Source: an uncultured SAR86 cluster bacterium
GTDB taxonomy: Bacteria > Pseudomonadota > Gammaproteobacteria > Magnimaribacterales > TMED112
NCBI GenBank assembly: GCA_902526535.1
Contig: CABZLG010000002.1
Location: forward strand, 28,017-92,016
Direction of reading: 5' to 3'
DNA: 64,000 nucleotides
A program made the translations under genes and the position numbers. The notes under the pieces are model-generated. The model was not told where the DNA came from. It saw nothing but the letters and a program-made list of their open reading frames with translations, and did no database searches. Shown here in pieces: positions 49,363 through 59,447 of the stretch (the stretch's first letter is position 1; each line of letters starts with the position of its first letter).

Positions 49363-49914
49363 TTATTTCCACTTAATATTACATCCCATTGAGGGATGTT
49401 GAGCTTGATTCACTTCTCTGCCATTAAGTAAATTTTCTACGGCTTCTCTGAGGTCGATACCGGAGGGCTCAATGCCATTTCCTGGACTAGAATTATCTAA
49501 TCTACCCCTATATTCAAGCGTTTTTTTATTATTGAATAAATAAAACTCTGGAGTACATTCTGCTTTAAAATTTTTTGCAACTTCTTGTGTCTCATCGTAA
49601 AGGTAAGGAAAGAATAACCCTAATTCTATAGCCAATTGTTTCATTTTCTCAGGCGAGTCCTCTGGATAGTTTTCTATGTCATTTGAGCTTATTGCAACAA
49701 AATCAATATTATTCTTATAATCTTGCGATAGCTTTATTAATTCTTTGTGATAATGAATTACATAAGGACAGTGATTGCATATAAACATTATCAACTTCGG
49801 AGCAGTACTATTGAAATAAGAGGAAGAAAAAATTTCATTATTAACTGTATTTTCAAGTTCGAACTTAGGCATTTGTGTCCCTAACTTCAACATGGAAGAA
49901 TATGTAAGTGCCAT
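49363..49914 (-). CDS. thioredoxin-fold (TlpA/AhpC-TSA-like) protein
   Basis: 183 aa with the redox motif CNHCPYV. It has zero-nt spacers on both sides. Confidence 0.7.
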   Translation of the reverse strand: MALTYSSMLKLGTQMPKFELENTVNNEIFSSSYFNSTAPKLIMFICNHCPYVIHYHKELIKLSQDYKNNIDFVAISSNDIENYPEDSPEKMKQLAIELGLFFPYLYDETQEVAKNFKAECTPEFYLFNNKKTLEYRGRLDNSSPGNGIEPSGIDLREAVENLLNGREVNQAQHPSMGCNIKWK

Positions 49915-52278
49915 TTAGATTTTTTTTCCTGCAAGTTTAAACCAAGTATCAATGACTGTATCAGGATTTAAAGACATTGATTGAATATTTTTTTTCAGTA
50001 ACCAGTCTGCTAAATCTGGATGATCTGAGGGACCCTGTCCACAAATTCCAATGTATTTACCTCTCTTTAAACATGCATCAATTGAAAGTGAAAGCATCAT
50101 TTTTACAGCTTCATCTCTTTCGTCAAAAACATCTGCAACTAGAGATGAATCTCTATCTAAGCCTAATGTAAGTTGCGTCATATCATTTGAACCTATAGAC
50201 ATTCCGTCAAAATATTTTAAAAACGAATCCGCTAAAAGGGCATTCGATGGAAGTTCAGACATCATAATTATTTTAAGTCCGTCTTTGCCTCTTTTTAAAC
50301 CATTTACTTCAAGTAAATTTATAACATCTCTAGCTTCTTTTAACGTTCTTATAAACGGAATCATAAGTTGAATATTTTTTAAACCCATCTCATTTCTAAC
50401 TTTTTTAAATGCCTTACATTCCAACTGAAAACAATCTTTAAAGGACTCGGATGCATATCTGCCTGCTCCACGAAATCCAAGCATTGGATTTTCTTCTTTA
50501 GGTTCAAACTGTTTCCCCCCTATTAAATTTGCATATTCATTAGATTTAAAATCAGACATTCTTACAATAACAGGTTTTTTATTGAAGGCTGCTCCAATTG
50601 TAGCAATGCCTTCAGACAGTTTTGATATAAAAAAATTTATAGGATCTTTATATCCATACATTTTTTTATCAATCAATCTTTTTGTTGACTTATCAACCTT
50701 AGAGTATTGAAGTAATGCTTTTGGATGGATGCCAATCATTTTATTAATGATAAATTCAAGCCTAGCCAATCCTACTCCTTCATTTGGAATTCTTGAGAAA
50801 CTAAAAGCTTTATCAGGATTCCCGACATTCATCATAATTTTGACAGGAATTTTTGGGAGCTTAGATATTTCATACTCTTTTCTTTCATAATTTAATTTTC
50901 CTTTATAAACCTTTCCTACCTCTCCTTCAGCACAAGAAACAGTAACAGGGACACCTGAATTTATTGTATTTGTAGCAGTATTCGTACCAACTATCGCCGG
51001 AATGCCAAGCTCACGAGCAATTATAGCCGCGTGACAAGTCCTCCCTCCTCTATTGGTTATAATGCCAGATGCTCTTTTCATAACTGGCTCCCAATCAGGG
51101 TCGGTCATATCAGCTACTAAAACATCACCTTCTTTTACTCTATCCATATTCTTTGGACTATCGATTATTTTGGTGATACCTGCTCCAATTTTTTGTCCAA
51201 TGCTTCTTCCTGTAATTAATATTTCAGAATTTTCTTTTAATGAAAATTTTGTGATTTTATTACTAGAACTACTGTGAACTGTCTCCGGACGTGCCTGAAG
51301 AATATATATTTTATTATCATCTCCATCCTTTCCCCATTCTATGTCCATGCACTTGCCGTAATGCTTTTCAATAATAGAGCCATATTTAGCAAGTTGAATT
51401 ACATCTTTATCTGAAATACAAAATTGATTTGAAAGATGTTTTGCTACCTTTACAGTTTTTACAGATTTTCCAGCTTCACTCTTGTTCGTAAAAAGCATTT
51501 TTTCAGTTTTTTCACCAAGATTTTTTCTAATTATTGGGAAATTATTATTTTTAAGACCATCTTTAAATACATAAAATTCATCAGGATTTACTGATCCTTG
51601 CACAATGGTTTCGCCCAGACCATAGGAAGCATTTATAAAAATAATATCTTCGCTTCCAGATTCAGTGTCCAAAGTAAACATCACACCAGATGTTGATTTA
51701 TCACTTCTTACCATTCGCTGAAACCCTACTGATATTGATACTTCAGAATGGTCAAATTTTTTGTGGACCCTATAAGCAATTGCTCTATCTGTATAAAGAG
51801 ATGCGTAAACCTTTTGCATTGCATCAACTAAAGCTTTGAGGCCGACAATATTTAAATAGGTTTCTTGTTGGCCTGCAAAAGAAGCAGTTGGTAGGTCTTC
51901 AGCTGTTGCGGATGATCGAACAGCAAATGAGTAATTTTTATTTTTAGAAATATTGGTCAATGCTTCTTCAATACTTTTGAGCAGTTCAGACGGAATGTTT
52001 GCTTTTAAAATTAAGTTCCTAATTTTAGAGCCAGTTTTCTTCAAATTACTAATAGAATTCACATCTAATTCTTTGAGTAATTCAGGAATTTTTTTATCAA
52101 GTTCATTTGTAATAAGAAATTCTTGGAATGCATATGAAGTAGTTGCAAATCCATCTGGAACATTAATGCCTAATGATGTAAGGTTATTTATCATCTCACC
52201 TAAGGAGGCATTTTTTCCACCAACAGATTCAATATCATTAATTGATATTTCAGAGAATTTTTTAATAAACTTATTCAT
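49915..52278 (-). CDS. ppsA: phosphoenolpyruvate synthase
   Basis: 787 aa with the phosphohistidine motif GGRTCHAAIIARELGIPA and the C-terminal PEP-utilising domain SIGSNDMTQL. Confidence 0.93.
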   Translation of the reverse strand: MNKFIKKFSEISINDIESVGGKNASLGEMINNLTSLGINVPDGFATTSYAFQEFLITNELDKKIPELLKELDVNSISNLKKTGSKIRNLILKANIPSELLKSIEEALTNISKNKNYSFAVRSSATAEDLPTASFAGQQETYLNIVGLKALVDAMQKVYASLYTDRAIAYRVHKKFDHSEVSISVGFQRMVRSDKSTSGVMFTLDTESGSEDIIFINASYGLGETIVQGSVNPDEFYVFKDGLKNNNFPIIRKNLGEKTEKMLFTNKSEAGKSVKTVKVAKHLSNQFCISDKDVIQLAKYGSIIEKHYGKCMDIEWGKDGDDNKIYILQARPETVHSSSSNKITKFSLKENSEILITGRSIGQKIGAGITKIIDSPKNMDRVKEGDVLVADMTDPDWEPVMKRASGIITNRGGRTCHAAIIARELGIPAIVGTNTATNTINSGVPVTVSCAEGEVGKVYKGKLNYERKEYEISKLPKIPVKIMMNVGNPDKAFSFSRIPNEGVGLARLEFIINKMIGIHPKALLQYSKVDKSTKRLIDKKMYGYKDPINFFISKLSEGIATIGAAFNKKPVIVRMSDFKSNEYANLIGGKQFEPKEENPMLGFRGAGRYASESFKDCFQLECKAFKKVRNEMGLKNIQLMIPFIRTLKEARDVINLLEVNGLKRGKDGLKIIMMSELPSNALLADSFLKYFDGMSIGSNDMTQLTLGLDRDSSLVADVFDERDEAVKMMLSLSIDACLKRGKYIGICGQGPSDHPDLADWLLKKNIQSMSLNPDTVIDTWFKLAGKKI

Positions 52279-52295
52279 TTTTAAATGTGCTATTC

Positions 52296-53507
52296 CTATT
52301 TCAAAATTGAATATATTTCTTCAATAAGTTTGTTTGCCGTTCTGTAGAGCATTGAATAGTCTTGCTGTCTATTGCCAACAAATGCAAATCCAATTTTTTT
52401 CTCTTTATCCCCAAAAGCTACAGCTCCACCTGCCCCTGCATGTCCAAACGCTGTTTTTTTAAAAGTTGGTACAAAATCACCTAAAAAATTACTTTTTTGT
52501 TCTAACATAAAACAATATCCAAATTTAAGATTACTTCCAAAAAGCACTGTATCAGGACCTCTAGAGTGGACTTCAATAGCTTTATTTAGGGTGCTTTCAT
52601 CAAAAAGACGAACACCATCTCTATCACACCCTGTACTCATTATCCCAAATAATTTTGCTAAACTTGCTGCTGTTCCGTGACCATTTGCAGATGGCACCTC
52701 TCCCTTACGCCAATCATCTTTATTAGGATAATTATTATCATCGCTACGTCCTGTATCAAAAGCGATGGCATAATCTCTACTTTTAATAGCATCTTTAAAA
52801 TTTTTCATATTTTGATTCAGAATTGCATCTGGCACATTTGCAAGTGAGTTTATAAATGGGTTTTCCTCCGTCCAATTTTTAAAAGTGATTTCTGCGCATC
52901 TAGCAATATCTTGATCCTTTACGCCAATGTGAAAATCAAGTTTTAAAGGTTCTGCAAACTCCTCTCTAAAATAATTTCCAACAGTTCTTCCGTCTATTCT
53001 TCTAAAGAGTTCGCCAATTAACCAGCCAAAGGTTAAAGCATGATAGCTTTGAGAACTGCCAGGCTTCCTAAATGGACTTTGTGCCTCAAGTTCTTTGGTA
53101 TACGCAGACCAATTAGTCCAAGGTTCTTTTGGGTAACCATTTTGAAAACCATACATACCAGCTCTGTGGCATAAGAAGTCTAAAACTGTTGTTTCTTGTT
53201 TTCCATTGCATCCATATTCAGGCCAATATGTTTCTACTTTTTCATTTACATCTAATTTCCCTTCATCAATTAATTTTATGACACAAGCTCCAACAACGCC
53301 CTTTGTTACTGACCATACATTAGTAATAGTATCTTGTTCCCATCTGCTAGATTTATCTGGTTTTGAGTAACCTCCATAAAGGTTCACAACCTCTTCTCCC
53401 TCAAGTTCTAAAGCAACTGACGCTCCAATTTCAAAGCCATTTTCTATTTGTTTCTCAAGGATTTGATGAATTTTTTGGAATCTTTCGTCACAATGACCTT
53501 CAATCAT
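52296..53507 (-). CDS. serine hydrolase, beta-lactamase class C / esterase family
   Basis: 403 aa with the S-x-x-K nucleophile motif (SVTKG) and a C-terminal HAGAGG. Confidence 0.8.
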   Translation of the reverse strand: MIEGHCDERFQKIHQILEKQIENGFEIGASVALELEGEEVVNLYGGYSKPDKSSRWEQDTITNVWSVTKGVVGACVIKLIDEGKLDVNEKVETYWPEYGCNGKQETTVLDFLCHRAGMYGFQNGYPKEPWTNWSAYTKELEAQSPFRKPGSSQSYHALTFGWLIGELFRRIDGRTVGNYFREEFAEPLKLDFHIGVKDQDIARCAEITFKNWTEENPFINSLANVPDAILNQNMKNFKDAIKSRDYAIAFDTGRSDDNNYPNKDDWRKGEVPSANGHGTAASLAKLFGIMSTGCDRDGVRLFDESTLNKAIEVHSRGPDTVLFGSNLKFGYCFMLEQKSNFLGDFVPTFKKTAFGHAGAGGAVAFGDKEKKIGFAFVGNRQQDYSMLYRTANKLIEEIYSILK

Positions 53508-53595
53508 TTAATAAGCACCCCATTTTTGGTAAATATATTTTCTGTTCCTATTTTATGGTATTTTTAAATTACAAACTAATGGAGAAATTGGTTTA

Positions 53596-53877
53596 ATGAA
53601 ATTAATTAAATTACTTTTTATTTTTCTACCTTCCTACGCTTTTGCTGATATGGACAAGGTTTGTACTATTGATATACAACAAACTGCTGCTACAAAAAAA
53701 GACTGGCAGGAAGTCTATAACAATGACTGTTTCAGAAATAATATCTTATTGATAAAAGGAGTTCCTCATGATGAGCAAAGTCTCTTTATTGCTAGGTTAT
53801 GTAGATTTGATAGGAATGTAGAAAGGGGCAAGAATTCATTCACTTGCGTAGTTTACGGAAAAATAAGAGATCTATAA
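53596..53877 (+). CDS. hypothetical secreted 4-Cys protein
   Basis: 93 aa with the signal peptide MKLIKLLFIFLPSYAFA and four cysteines. I recognise no family. Confidence 0.45.
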   Translation: MKLIKLLFIFLPSYAFADMDKVCTIDIQQTAATKKDWQEVYNNDCFRNNILLIKGVPHDEQSLFIARLCRFDRNVERGKNSFTCVVYGKIRDL

Positions 53878-54258
53878 TCTTCTTTGTAAGTATTGCTTAC
53901 TAATTTTACATTTAGCGAAAGTTTCTACCCTTGGACCTAATTCACGTTTGAAAATATTCTCCTCTTTGTAATGAATTATTTGTTGTTTTTTTTGTTTTAA
54001 AGAATTTTCATCTTGGAAAAGGATTTCATACACATCCTTAATGGATGATGTATTGATCATTCTTAATTTTTTATTTATATCATTTGTTATATGTATCAGG
54101 TACTGCTCTTTGGTATTTACATAAAATAAATTTTTTTCAGAAATTCTCTCGCATTCGTAGTAATGATGACTTCTAAAATATCCCATTGCCTCGCCATAAA
54201 TATATGTAGCAATAGCAATAATAATTAAAAATATATAAAAGACTCTTAGTGGATCCAT
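53872..54258 (-). CDS. hypothetical N-terminally anchored protein
   Basis: 128 aa with one N-terminal TM segment (VFYIFLIIIAIATYIYG). I recognise no family. Confidence 0.45.
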   Translation of the reverse strand: MDPLRVFYIFLIIIAIATYIYGEAMGYFRSHHYYECERISEKNLFYVNTKEQYLIHITNDINKKLRMINTSSIKDVYEILFQDENSLKQKKQQIIHYKEENIFKRELGPRVETFAKCKISKQYLQRRL

Positions 54259-54270
54259 AATTTTTCAAAT

Positions 54271-54361
54271 TGGCGGAGAGACAGGGATTCGAACCCTGGA
54301 GACGCTATTAACGTCTGCTGGTTTTCAAGACCAGTGCATTCAACCGCTCTGCCATCTCTCC
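54271..54361 (-). tRNA. tRNA-Ser (anticodon UGA), CCA encoded
   Basis: Hand fold of the reverse complement gives acceptor GGAGAGA/TCTCTCC (7 perfect bp), anticodon arm CTGGT-CTTGAAA-ACCAG, a long variable arm (CAGACGTTAATAGCGTCTC), T arm CAGGG-TTCGAAT-CCCTG and a terminal GCCA. Confidence 0.9.
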
Positions 54362-54418
54362 TGAATTTTGTAATTGTATATTATTTACACTTATTTTATA
54401 GAATGTAAAATTCACTAT

Positions 54419-55420
54419 ATGAAAAAAGTTTTTATTTCAGGAGTATCTGGCTACATTGCAATGCATTGTGCCCAACAACTGCTAGAAAAAGGCTACTCAA
54501 TAAATGCTACTGTTAGAGATAAACAAAAAATTGATCCCATTAAAAAAGCACTTAAAGATCTTTCTTTAGATGTTAGCAAAATAAATTTTTTTGAAGCTGA
54601 TTTACTTTCAGATCAGAACTGGGAAGATGCGATGACTGGATGTGATGATGTATTGCATGTTGCATCACCTTATCCATTAGCTCAACCAAAAGATGAAAAT
54701 GATTTAATTAAGCCTGCAGTTGAGGGAACTGAAAGAGTTGTCTCGTTAGCTCTTAAACAAGGCATAAGAAAAATAGTGCTGACATCATCAGTTGCTGCAA
54801 TATCATCAGGACACACAAAAAAACAATTTAGTGAAGAAGATTGGAGCAAAGTTGATCAGCCTATTCCTGCTTATCCCAAAAGCAAGGCTCTTGCAGAAAA
54901 AAAGGCTTGGGACCTAATCAATAATTCAAATAAAAAAACAAAACTTACTGTCATTAATCCTGCTGGAGTAATTGGCCCTTCTCTTACTTCTAAGGTAAGT
55001 TCTACGCAATTAATCATTTCAGGTTTAGTGAATGGAAAAATTCCAATAAATCTTCCCATTCACATCGGCTATGTCGATGTAAGGGATGTTGCTTTAGCAC
55101 ATGTTAAAGCACTCGAAAGTCCTAAATCCGATGGAGAGAGGATTATTCTTTCATGCACAGAATTATGGACAAAAGACGTATCCAAGATACTTCGAGAGAA
55201 TGGTTATAATGCTCCAAGACTTTCAGCTTCTGTTGGAGTGGCAAAATTTTTATCAAACTTTATCCCAATATTGAAACCGTCTAAGAGATTTTTTGGGAAA
55301 GCAATGACTAAGAATAGTACAAAGGCTGAAGATATTCTTGGTATTAAATACATAGATGTTTCAAAGTCTATTATTGATGAAGTAGAAAGTTTAAAAAGAT
55401 TTGGAAAGTTTTCAGGTTAG
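54419..55420 (+). CDS. NAD(P)-dependent SDR, extended family (aldehyde/dihydroflavonol reductase-like)
   Basis: The start is taken at the ATG at 54419 (MKKVFISGVSGYIA, a Rossmann motif), not the TTG at 54374. The catalytic Y-x-x-x-K motif is present (YPKSK). Confidence 0.82.
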   Translation: MKKVFISGVSGYIAMHCAQQLLEKGYSINATVRDKQKIDPIKKALKDLSLDVSKINFFEADLLSDQNWEDAMTGCDDVLHVASPYPLAQPKDENDLIKPAVEGTERVVSLALKQGIRKIVLTSSVAAISSGHTKKQFSEEDWSKVDQPIPAYPKSKALAEKKAWDLINNSNKKTKLTVINPAGVIGPSLTSKVSSTQLIISGLVNGKIPINLPIHIGYVDVRDVALAHVKALESPKSDGERIILSCTELWTKDVSKILRENGYNAPRLSASVGVAKFLSNFIPILKPSKRFFGKAMTKNSTKAEDILGIKYIDVSKSIIDEVESLKRFGKFSG

Positions 55421-56190
55421 TATCTGAAGTGCTTTATTTTTTCGCCGCTCTTCTCAATTTCAGTCATAGATTTTATTCCAATTTCTAAATGTTTTTTTGA
55501 CCAATCAGATGTTACCCTTTTATCTGACTCCTCAGTTTTTACACCTTCAGGAGTAGTAGGAACATCTGATACAAGCAATAACGCACCCCTAGCAATTTCA
55601 TTGTAATGTCCTGTAACAAATATAGTTGCCACTTCCATATCTATACCTATAGCAGTACTTTTCTTTAGCTTTTTAAGAAATACTTTGTCATGTTCCCAAA
55701 GCCTTCTATTTGTTGTGTAAATTACTCCTGTTCGATAATCGCAATTTGCTTCAACAATTTTTTCAGAGACAAATTTATGTAATTTAAAAGAAGGAAGAGC
55801 AGGCACATTTGGAGGAAAGTAATCATTACTTGTACCTTCACCTCTTATAGCTGCAATCGGAAGAATAAAGTTACCAATTTCAGATGTATCTTTTAATCCC
55901 CCACATTTACCCAGAAACAATACTCCTTTAGGATTTCTTGCAGTTAATAAATCCATGATAAGCGCTGCATTGGGAGAGCCTATGCCAAAATTTATTATGC
56001 TAAGCCCATCTTTATTTGTAGCACTTTGCATTGGTTTATTTTGGCCCTTGATTTCAACATCAAATGTTTCTGAGAAAGAATCAATATAATTTGTGAAATT
56101 TGTTAATAGGATGTAATCACCAAAATCATCCGGCTGCATTCCTGTATATCTTGGAAGCCAATTTTTTGCTATTTCGTACTTATGAACCAT
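55417..56190 (-). CDS. short-form AMP nucleosidase-like protein (PNP/UDP phosphorylase superfamily)
   Basis: 257 aa. N-terminal NWLPRYTG...DYILLTNF and GKCGGL are typical of the ~260-aa proteins annotated as AMP nucleosidase. Confidence 0.65.
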   Translation of the reverse strand: MVHKYEIAKNWLPRYTGMQPDDFGDYILLTNFTNYIDSFSETFDVEIKGQNKPMQSATNKDGLSIINFGIGSPNAALIMDLLTARNPKGVLFLGKCGGLKDTSEIGNFILPIAAIRGEGTSNDYFPPNVPALPSFKLHKFVSEKIVEANCDYRTGVIYTTNRRLWEHDKVFLKKLKKSTAIGIDMEVATIFVTGHYNEIARGALLLVSDVPTTPEGVKTEESDKRVTSDWSKKHLEIGIKSMTEIEKSGEKIKHFRY

Positions 56191-56233
56191 AAATTGGGAT
56201 GGAATAGTATCAGAATTTTAGAGAAAGTAAAAT

Positions 56234-59047
56234 TTACTTAAAATCTTTTATGCTTGGGCAAGTACAAATTAAATTTCTATCCCCATAGACATTATCAACC
56301 CTTCCTACCGGCGGCCAGTATTTTTGAAGTTTGGTTTGATTATTTGGATAATAAGCTTCTTTTTTACTATAAGAATAATTCCAATCCTCTATTGCGTCAT
56401 CTATACAGTGAGGAGCATTCTTTAATAGATTGTCTTCTTTATCTGAAATTCCGTCTTCAATAGCTTTAATTTCGTTTCTAATTCCGATCATTGCATCACA
56501 AAACCTATTTAATTCATCGAGAGATTCACTTTCTGTAGGTTCAATCATTAGAGTTCCAGCAACAGGCCATGACATTGTAGGAGCATGAAATCCATAATCA
56601 ATTAATCTTTTCGCGATATCTTCAGCTTCAATGCCACATGATTCTTTAAATGGCCTTACATCTAAAATACATTCATGCGCAACCAAGCCCTCATTACCTG
56701 TATATAAAATCTTATAATGATCTTTAAGCCTTTTAGCTAAATAATTGGTATTTAATATCGCAACTTGTGTTGCCTTTCTAAGATGATCTTCACCCATCAT
56801 GGCAATGTACATCCAGCTAATGGGTAAAATGCTCGCGCTACCATAATGCGTTCCAGAAATTGAGTATTCGGATTCAGCAAAATTTAGTGGATCTTTCGGT
56901 AAATATGGCTTTAGTTTTTCAACAACTCCAATTGGACCAACTCCAGGGCCACCTCCCCCATGAGGAATACAGAATGTTTTATGCAGGTTTAAGTGCGACA
57001 CATCTCCACCAAACTCACCTGGATAACATGTTCCTACCATGGCATTAAAATTTGCTCCATCTATGTAAATAAAACCACCAAAATTATGAATTAAATCACA
57101 AACATCCTTCACTCTCTCCTCAAAAACACCATGAGTTGATGGATAGGTAATCATCATTGCTGCAATTTTATTTTTGTGTGTATTGACCTTATTTTTAAGA
57201 TCATCGAAATCAATATCTCCATTCTCGTCACAATCAATTACCACAACCTCATATCCTACCATTTGAGCTGAAGCTGGATTGGTGCCATGTGCTGATTCTG
57301 GAATTAAACATATATTTCTATCATGGTCGTTATTAGCCTTATGAAAGCTGTCTATAGCAAGCAGTCCAGCATATTCACCTTGAGATCCAGCATTAGGTTG
57401 TAAGGAGATTGCTTTATAACCTGTAATTTGTGATAGCCAATCCTCTAAATCACAAATTATTTTTTGATAACCCTCAGTTTGATCAGTTGGTGCATGCGGA
57501 TGAACATTTGCAAACCCATTCCAGCCAACTGGAATCATTTCAGAAGTAGCGTTTAATTTCATTGTGCAGGAGCCCAATGGAATCATGCATCTATCCAACG
57601 CTATATCTTTGTCAGATAGACTTCTGATATACCTTAGAATTTGTGTTTCTGAGTGATGGCTGTTAAATACTTCATGATTTAAATATTCTGTTTTTCTATC
57701 GAAAGATTTATCCCAGTTTATTTCATATTTTTTCAATGGCTTTTTTAGATCCTCAAAAAGCTCAGATATGTTATTAACATCCTGATCCGTTGTCATTTCA
57801 TCAAAACTCAGGCCTAATTCTTTTTCAGAGATAACTCTTAGATTAATTTTTTTATCCTTTGCTCTTAAATGAACTTGTTCTGGATTTTCAAGTTCTACAA
57901 TTAGTGTGTCGAAAAAATTGTTATTTTTAATAACATATCCTTTTCTAGAGAGCTCATTAGCAATTTTTAGTGTTTTTTCTTTAACATCACTCGCAATAGA
58001 TTTTAGACCATTCGGACCATGATAAATTGCATAAAAGCTGGACATTATTGCTAATAATGCTTGAGCTGTACATATATTACTTGTCGCTTTCTCTCTTCTA
58101 ATATGCTGTTCTCTAGTTTGTAGTGCAAGTCTGTAGCAAGGACGTCCTTTACTATCTTGAGTTAATCCAATTAATCTGCCAGGCAGAGATCTTTTCAAGA
58201 CATCTTTAACCGCAATAAAACCTGCATGTGGACCCCCAAATCCCATTGGCACACCAAATCTTTGTGCTGAGCCCACCGCTATGTCTGCACCGAAATCCCC
58301 TGGAGTTTTCAAAAGTGTTAAAGCAAGTAAATCAGTTCCGATAATCATGAGACCACCATTTGCTTGAATATCTTTAGTAACACTTTCTAAATCTTCAATT
58401 GAGCCTTCTGCATTTGGATATTGAAAATATGCAGCAAAATATTCCTTTCCCTTATCAGGACGATCACCAATTTCAATTTCAACACCAAGTGGTTTTGCTC
58501 GAGTTTTAATAATTGCAATTGTTTGTTTAAATGTTTTGCTGTTTATAAAAAAAGTATTAGATTTACTCTTAGCAACTCTTTTGGCCAACATCATCGCCTC
58601 AGCAGCTGAAGTTGGCTCATCAAGCAATGATGCATTAGAAATATCCATTCCAGTTAAATCAGAAACCATAGTTTGATAATTCATCAATGCTTCTAACCTT
58701 CCTTGAGCTATTTCTGGTTGATATGGTGTGTAAGAAGTATACCAACCAGGGTTTTCAAAAACATTTCTTTTAATCACTGCTGGAACGTTGCAATTATAGA
58801 AACCTTGACCAATAAAAGTTTTAAAAACCTTATTTTTTTTCGATATCTCTTTTAATGCTCTTAAAGCGCTTGGTTCATCTAGTGGTTCTGGCAGATTTAA
58901 CTTTTTCTTACTATAAATTGAATTTGGAATTAGTTTTTCTAAAAAATCTTCCATACTTTCATAACCAAGATCATGGAGAATATGATTAATTTCACTATCT
59001 TTAAGACCAATATGTCTGTGAGAAAATTCTTTAGAGTTTTGACTCAT
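56234..59047 (-). CDS. gcvP: glycine dehydrogenase (decarboxylating), single-chain P protein
   Basis: 937 aa, full-length colinear with GcvP. It includes the PLP-lysine region HLNLHKTFCIPHGGGGPG. Confidence 0.94.
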   Translation of the reverse strand: MSQNSKEFSHRHIGLKDSEINHILHDLGYESMEDFLEKLIPNSIYSKKKLNLPEPLDEPSALRALKEISKKNKVFKTFIGQGFYNCNVPAVIKRNVFENPGWYTSYTPYQPEIAQGRLEALMNYQTMVSDLTGMDISNASLLDEPTSAAEAMMLAKRVAKSKSNTFFINSKTFKQTIAIIKTRAKPLGVEIEIGDRPDKGKEYFAAYFQYPNAEGSIEDLESVTKDIQANGGLMIIGTDLLALTLLKTPGDFGADIAVGSAQRFGVPMGFGGPHAGFIAVKDVLKRSLPGRLIGLTQDSKGRPCYRLALQTREQHIRREKATSNICTAQALLAIMSSFYAIYHGPNGLKSIASDVKEKTLKIANELSRKGYVIKNNNFFDTLIVELENPEQVHLRAKDKKINLRVISEKELGLSFDEMTTDQDVNNISELFEDLKKPLKKYEINWDKSFDRKTEYLNHEVFNSHHSETQILRYIRSLSDKDIALDRCMIPLGSCTMKLNATSEMIPVGWNGFANVHPHAPTDQTEGYQKIICDLEDWLSQITGYKAISLQPNAGSQGEYAGLLAIDSFHKANNDHDRNICLIPESAHGTNPASAQMVGYEVVVIDCDENGDIDFDDLKNKVNTHKNKIAAMMITYPSTHGVFEERVKDVCDLIHNFGGFIYIDGANFNAMVGTCYPGEFGGDVSHLNLHKTFCIPHGGGGPGVGPIGVVEKLKPYLPKDPLNFAESEYSISGTHYGSASILPISWMYIAMMGEDHLRKATQVAILNTNYLAKRLKDHYKILYTGNEGLVAHECILDVRPFKESCGIEAEDIAKRLIDYGFHAPTMSWPVAGTLMIEPTESESLDELNRFCDAMIGIRNEIKAIEDGISDKEDNLLKNAPHCIDDAIEDWNYSYSKKEAYYPNNQTKLQKYWPPVGRVDNVYGDRNLICTCPSIKDFK

Positions 59048-59062
59048 TTTTAAGTTTGCTTT

Positions 59063-59446
59063 TTATTCTTCGCTTAATTTTTTATAAGCATCTGAATCCA
59101 ACATTTCATCTAGTTCATTTATATTCTGAGGCTTAACTTTGAAAAACCAACCATCCTTATATGGAGATGAATTTATTATTTCTGGGCTATCAGATAATTT
59201 TTCATTTATTTCTACAATTTCACCTGTTAGTGGTGAGTAAACGTCAGACGCAGCTTTAACTGATTCAACTATTGCAACACCATCTTTTTGAGACACATTA
59301 GATCCAATTTGAGGCAACTCGACGTAAACAATATCGCCTAATAATTCTTGAGCATGATTAGAAATGCCCACAGTAACGACCCCATCGTCATCTCTGGCCC
59401 ACTCATGTGAATCAAGAAATTTTAGATTTTTTTCATTATCAGACAT
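59063..59446 (-). CDS. gcvH: glycine cleavage system H protein
   Basis: 127 aa with the lipoyl-lysine motif VESVKAASDVYSP. Confidence 0.93.
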   Translation of the reverse strand: MSDNEKNLKFLDSHEWARDDDGVVTVGISNHAQELLGDIVYVELPQIGSNVSQKDGVAIVESVKAASDVYSPLTGEIVEINEKLSDSPEIINSSPYKDGWFFKVKPQNINELDEMLDSDAYKKLSEE

Positions 59447-59447
59447 C

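Noticed and set aside
53508-54361. Genomic island integrated at tRNA-Ser(UGA).
   Set aside because: There is no integrase, no mobility genes, and no visible direct repeat of the tRNA 3' end near 53510-53600. The interval is under 0.8 kb. It is kept only as a low-key ORFan observation.
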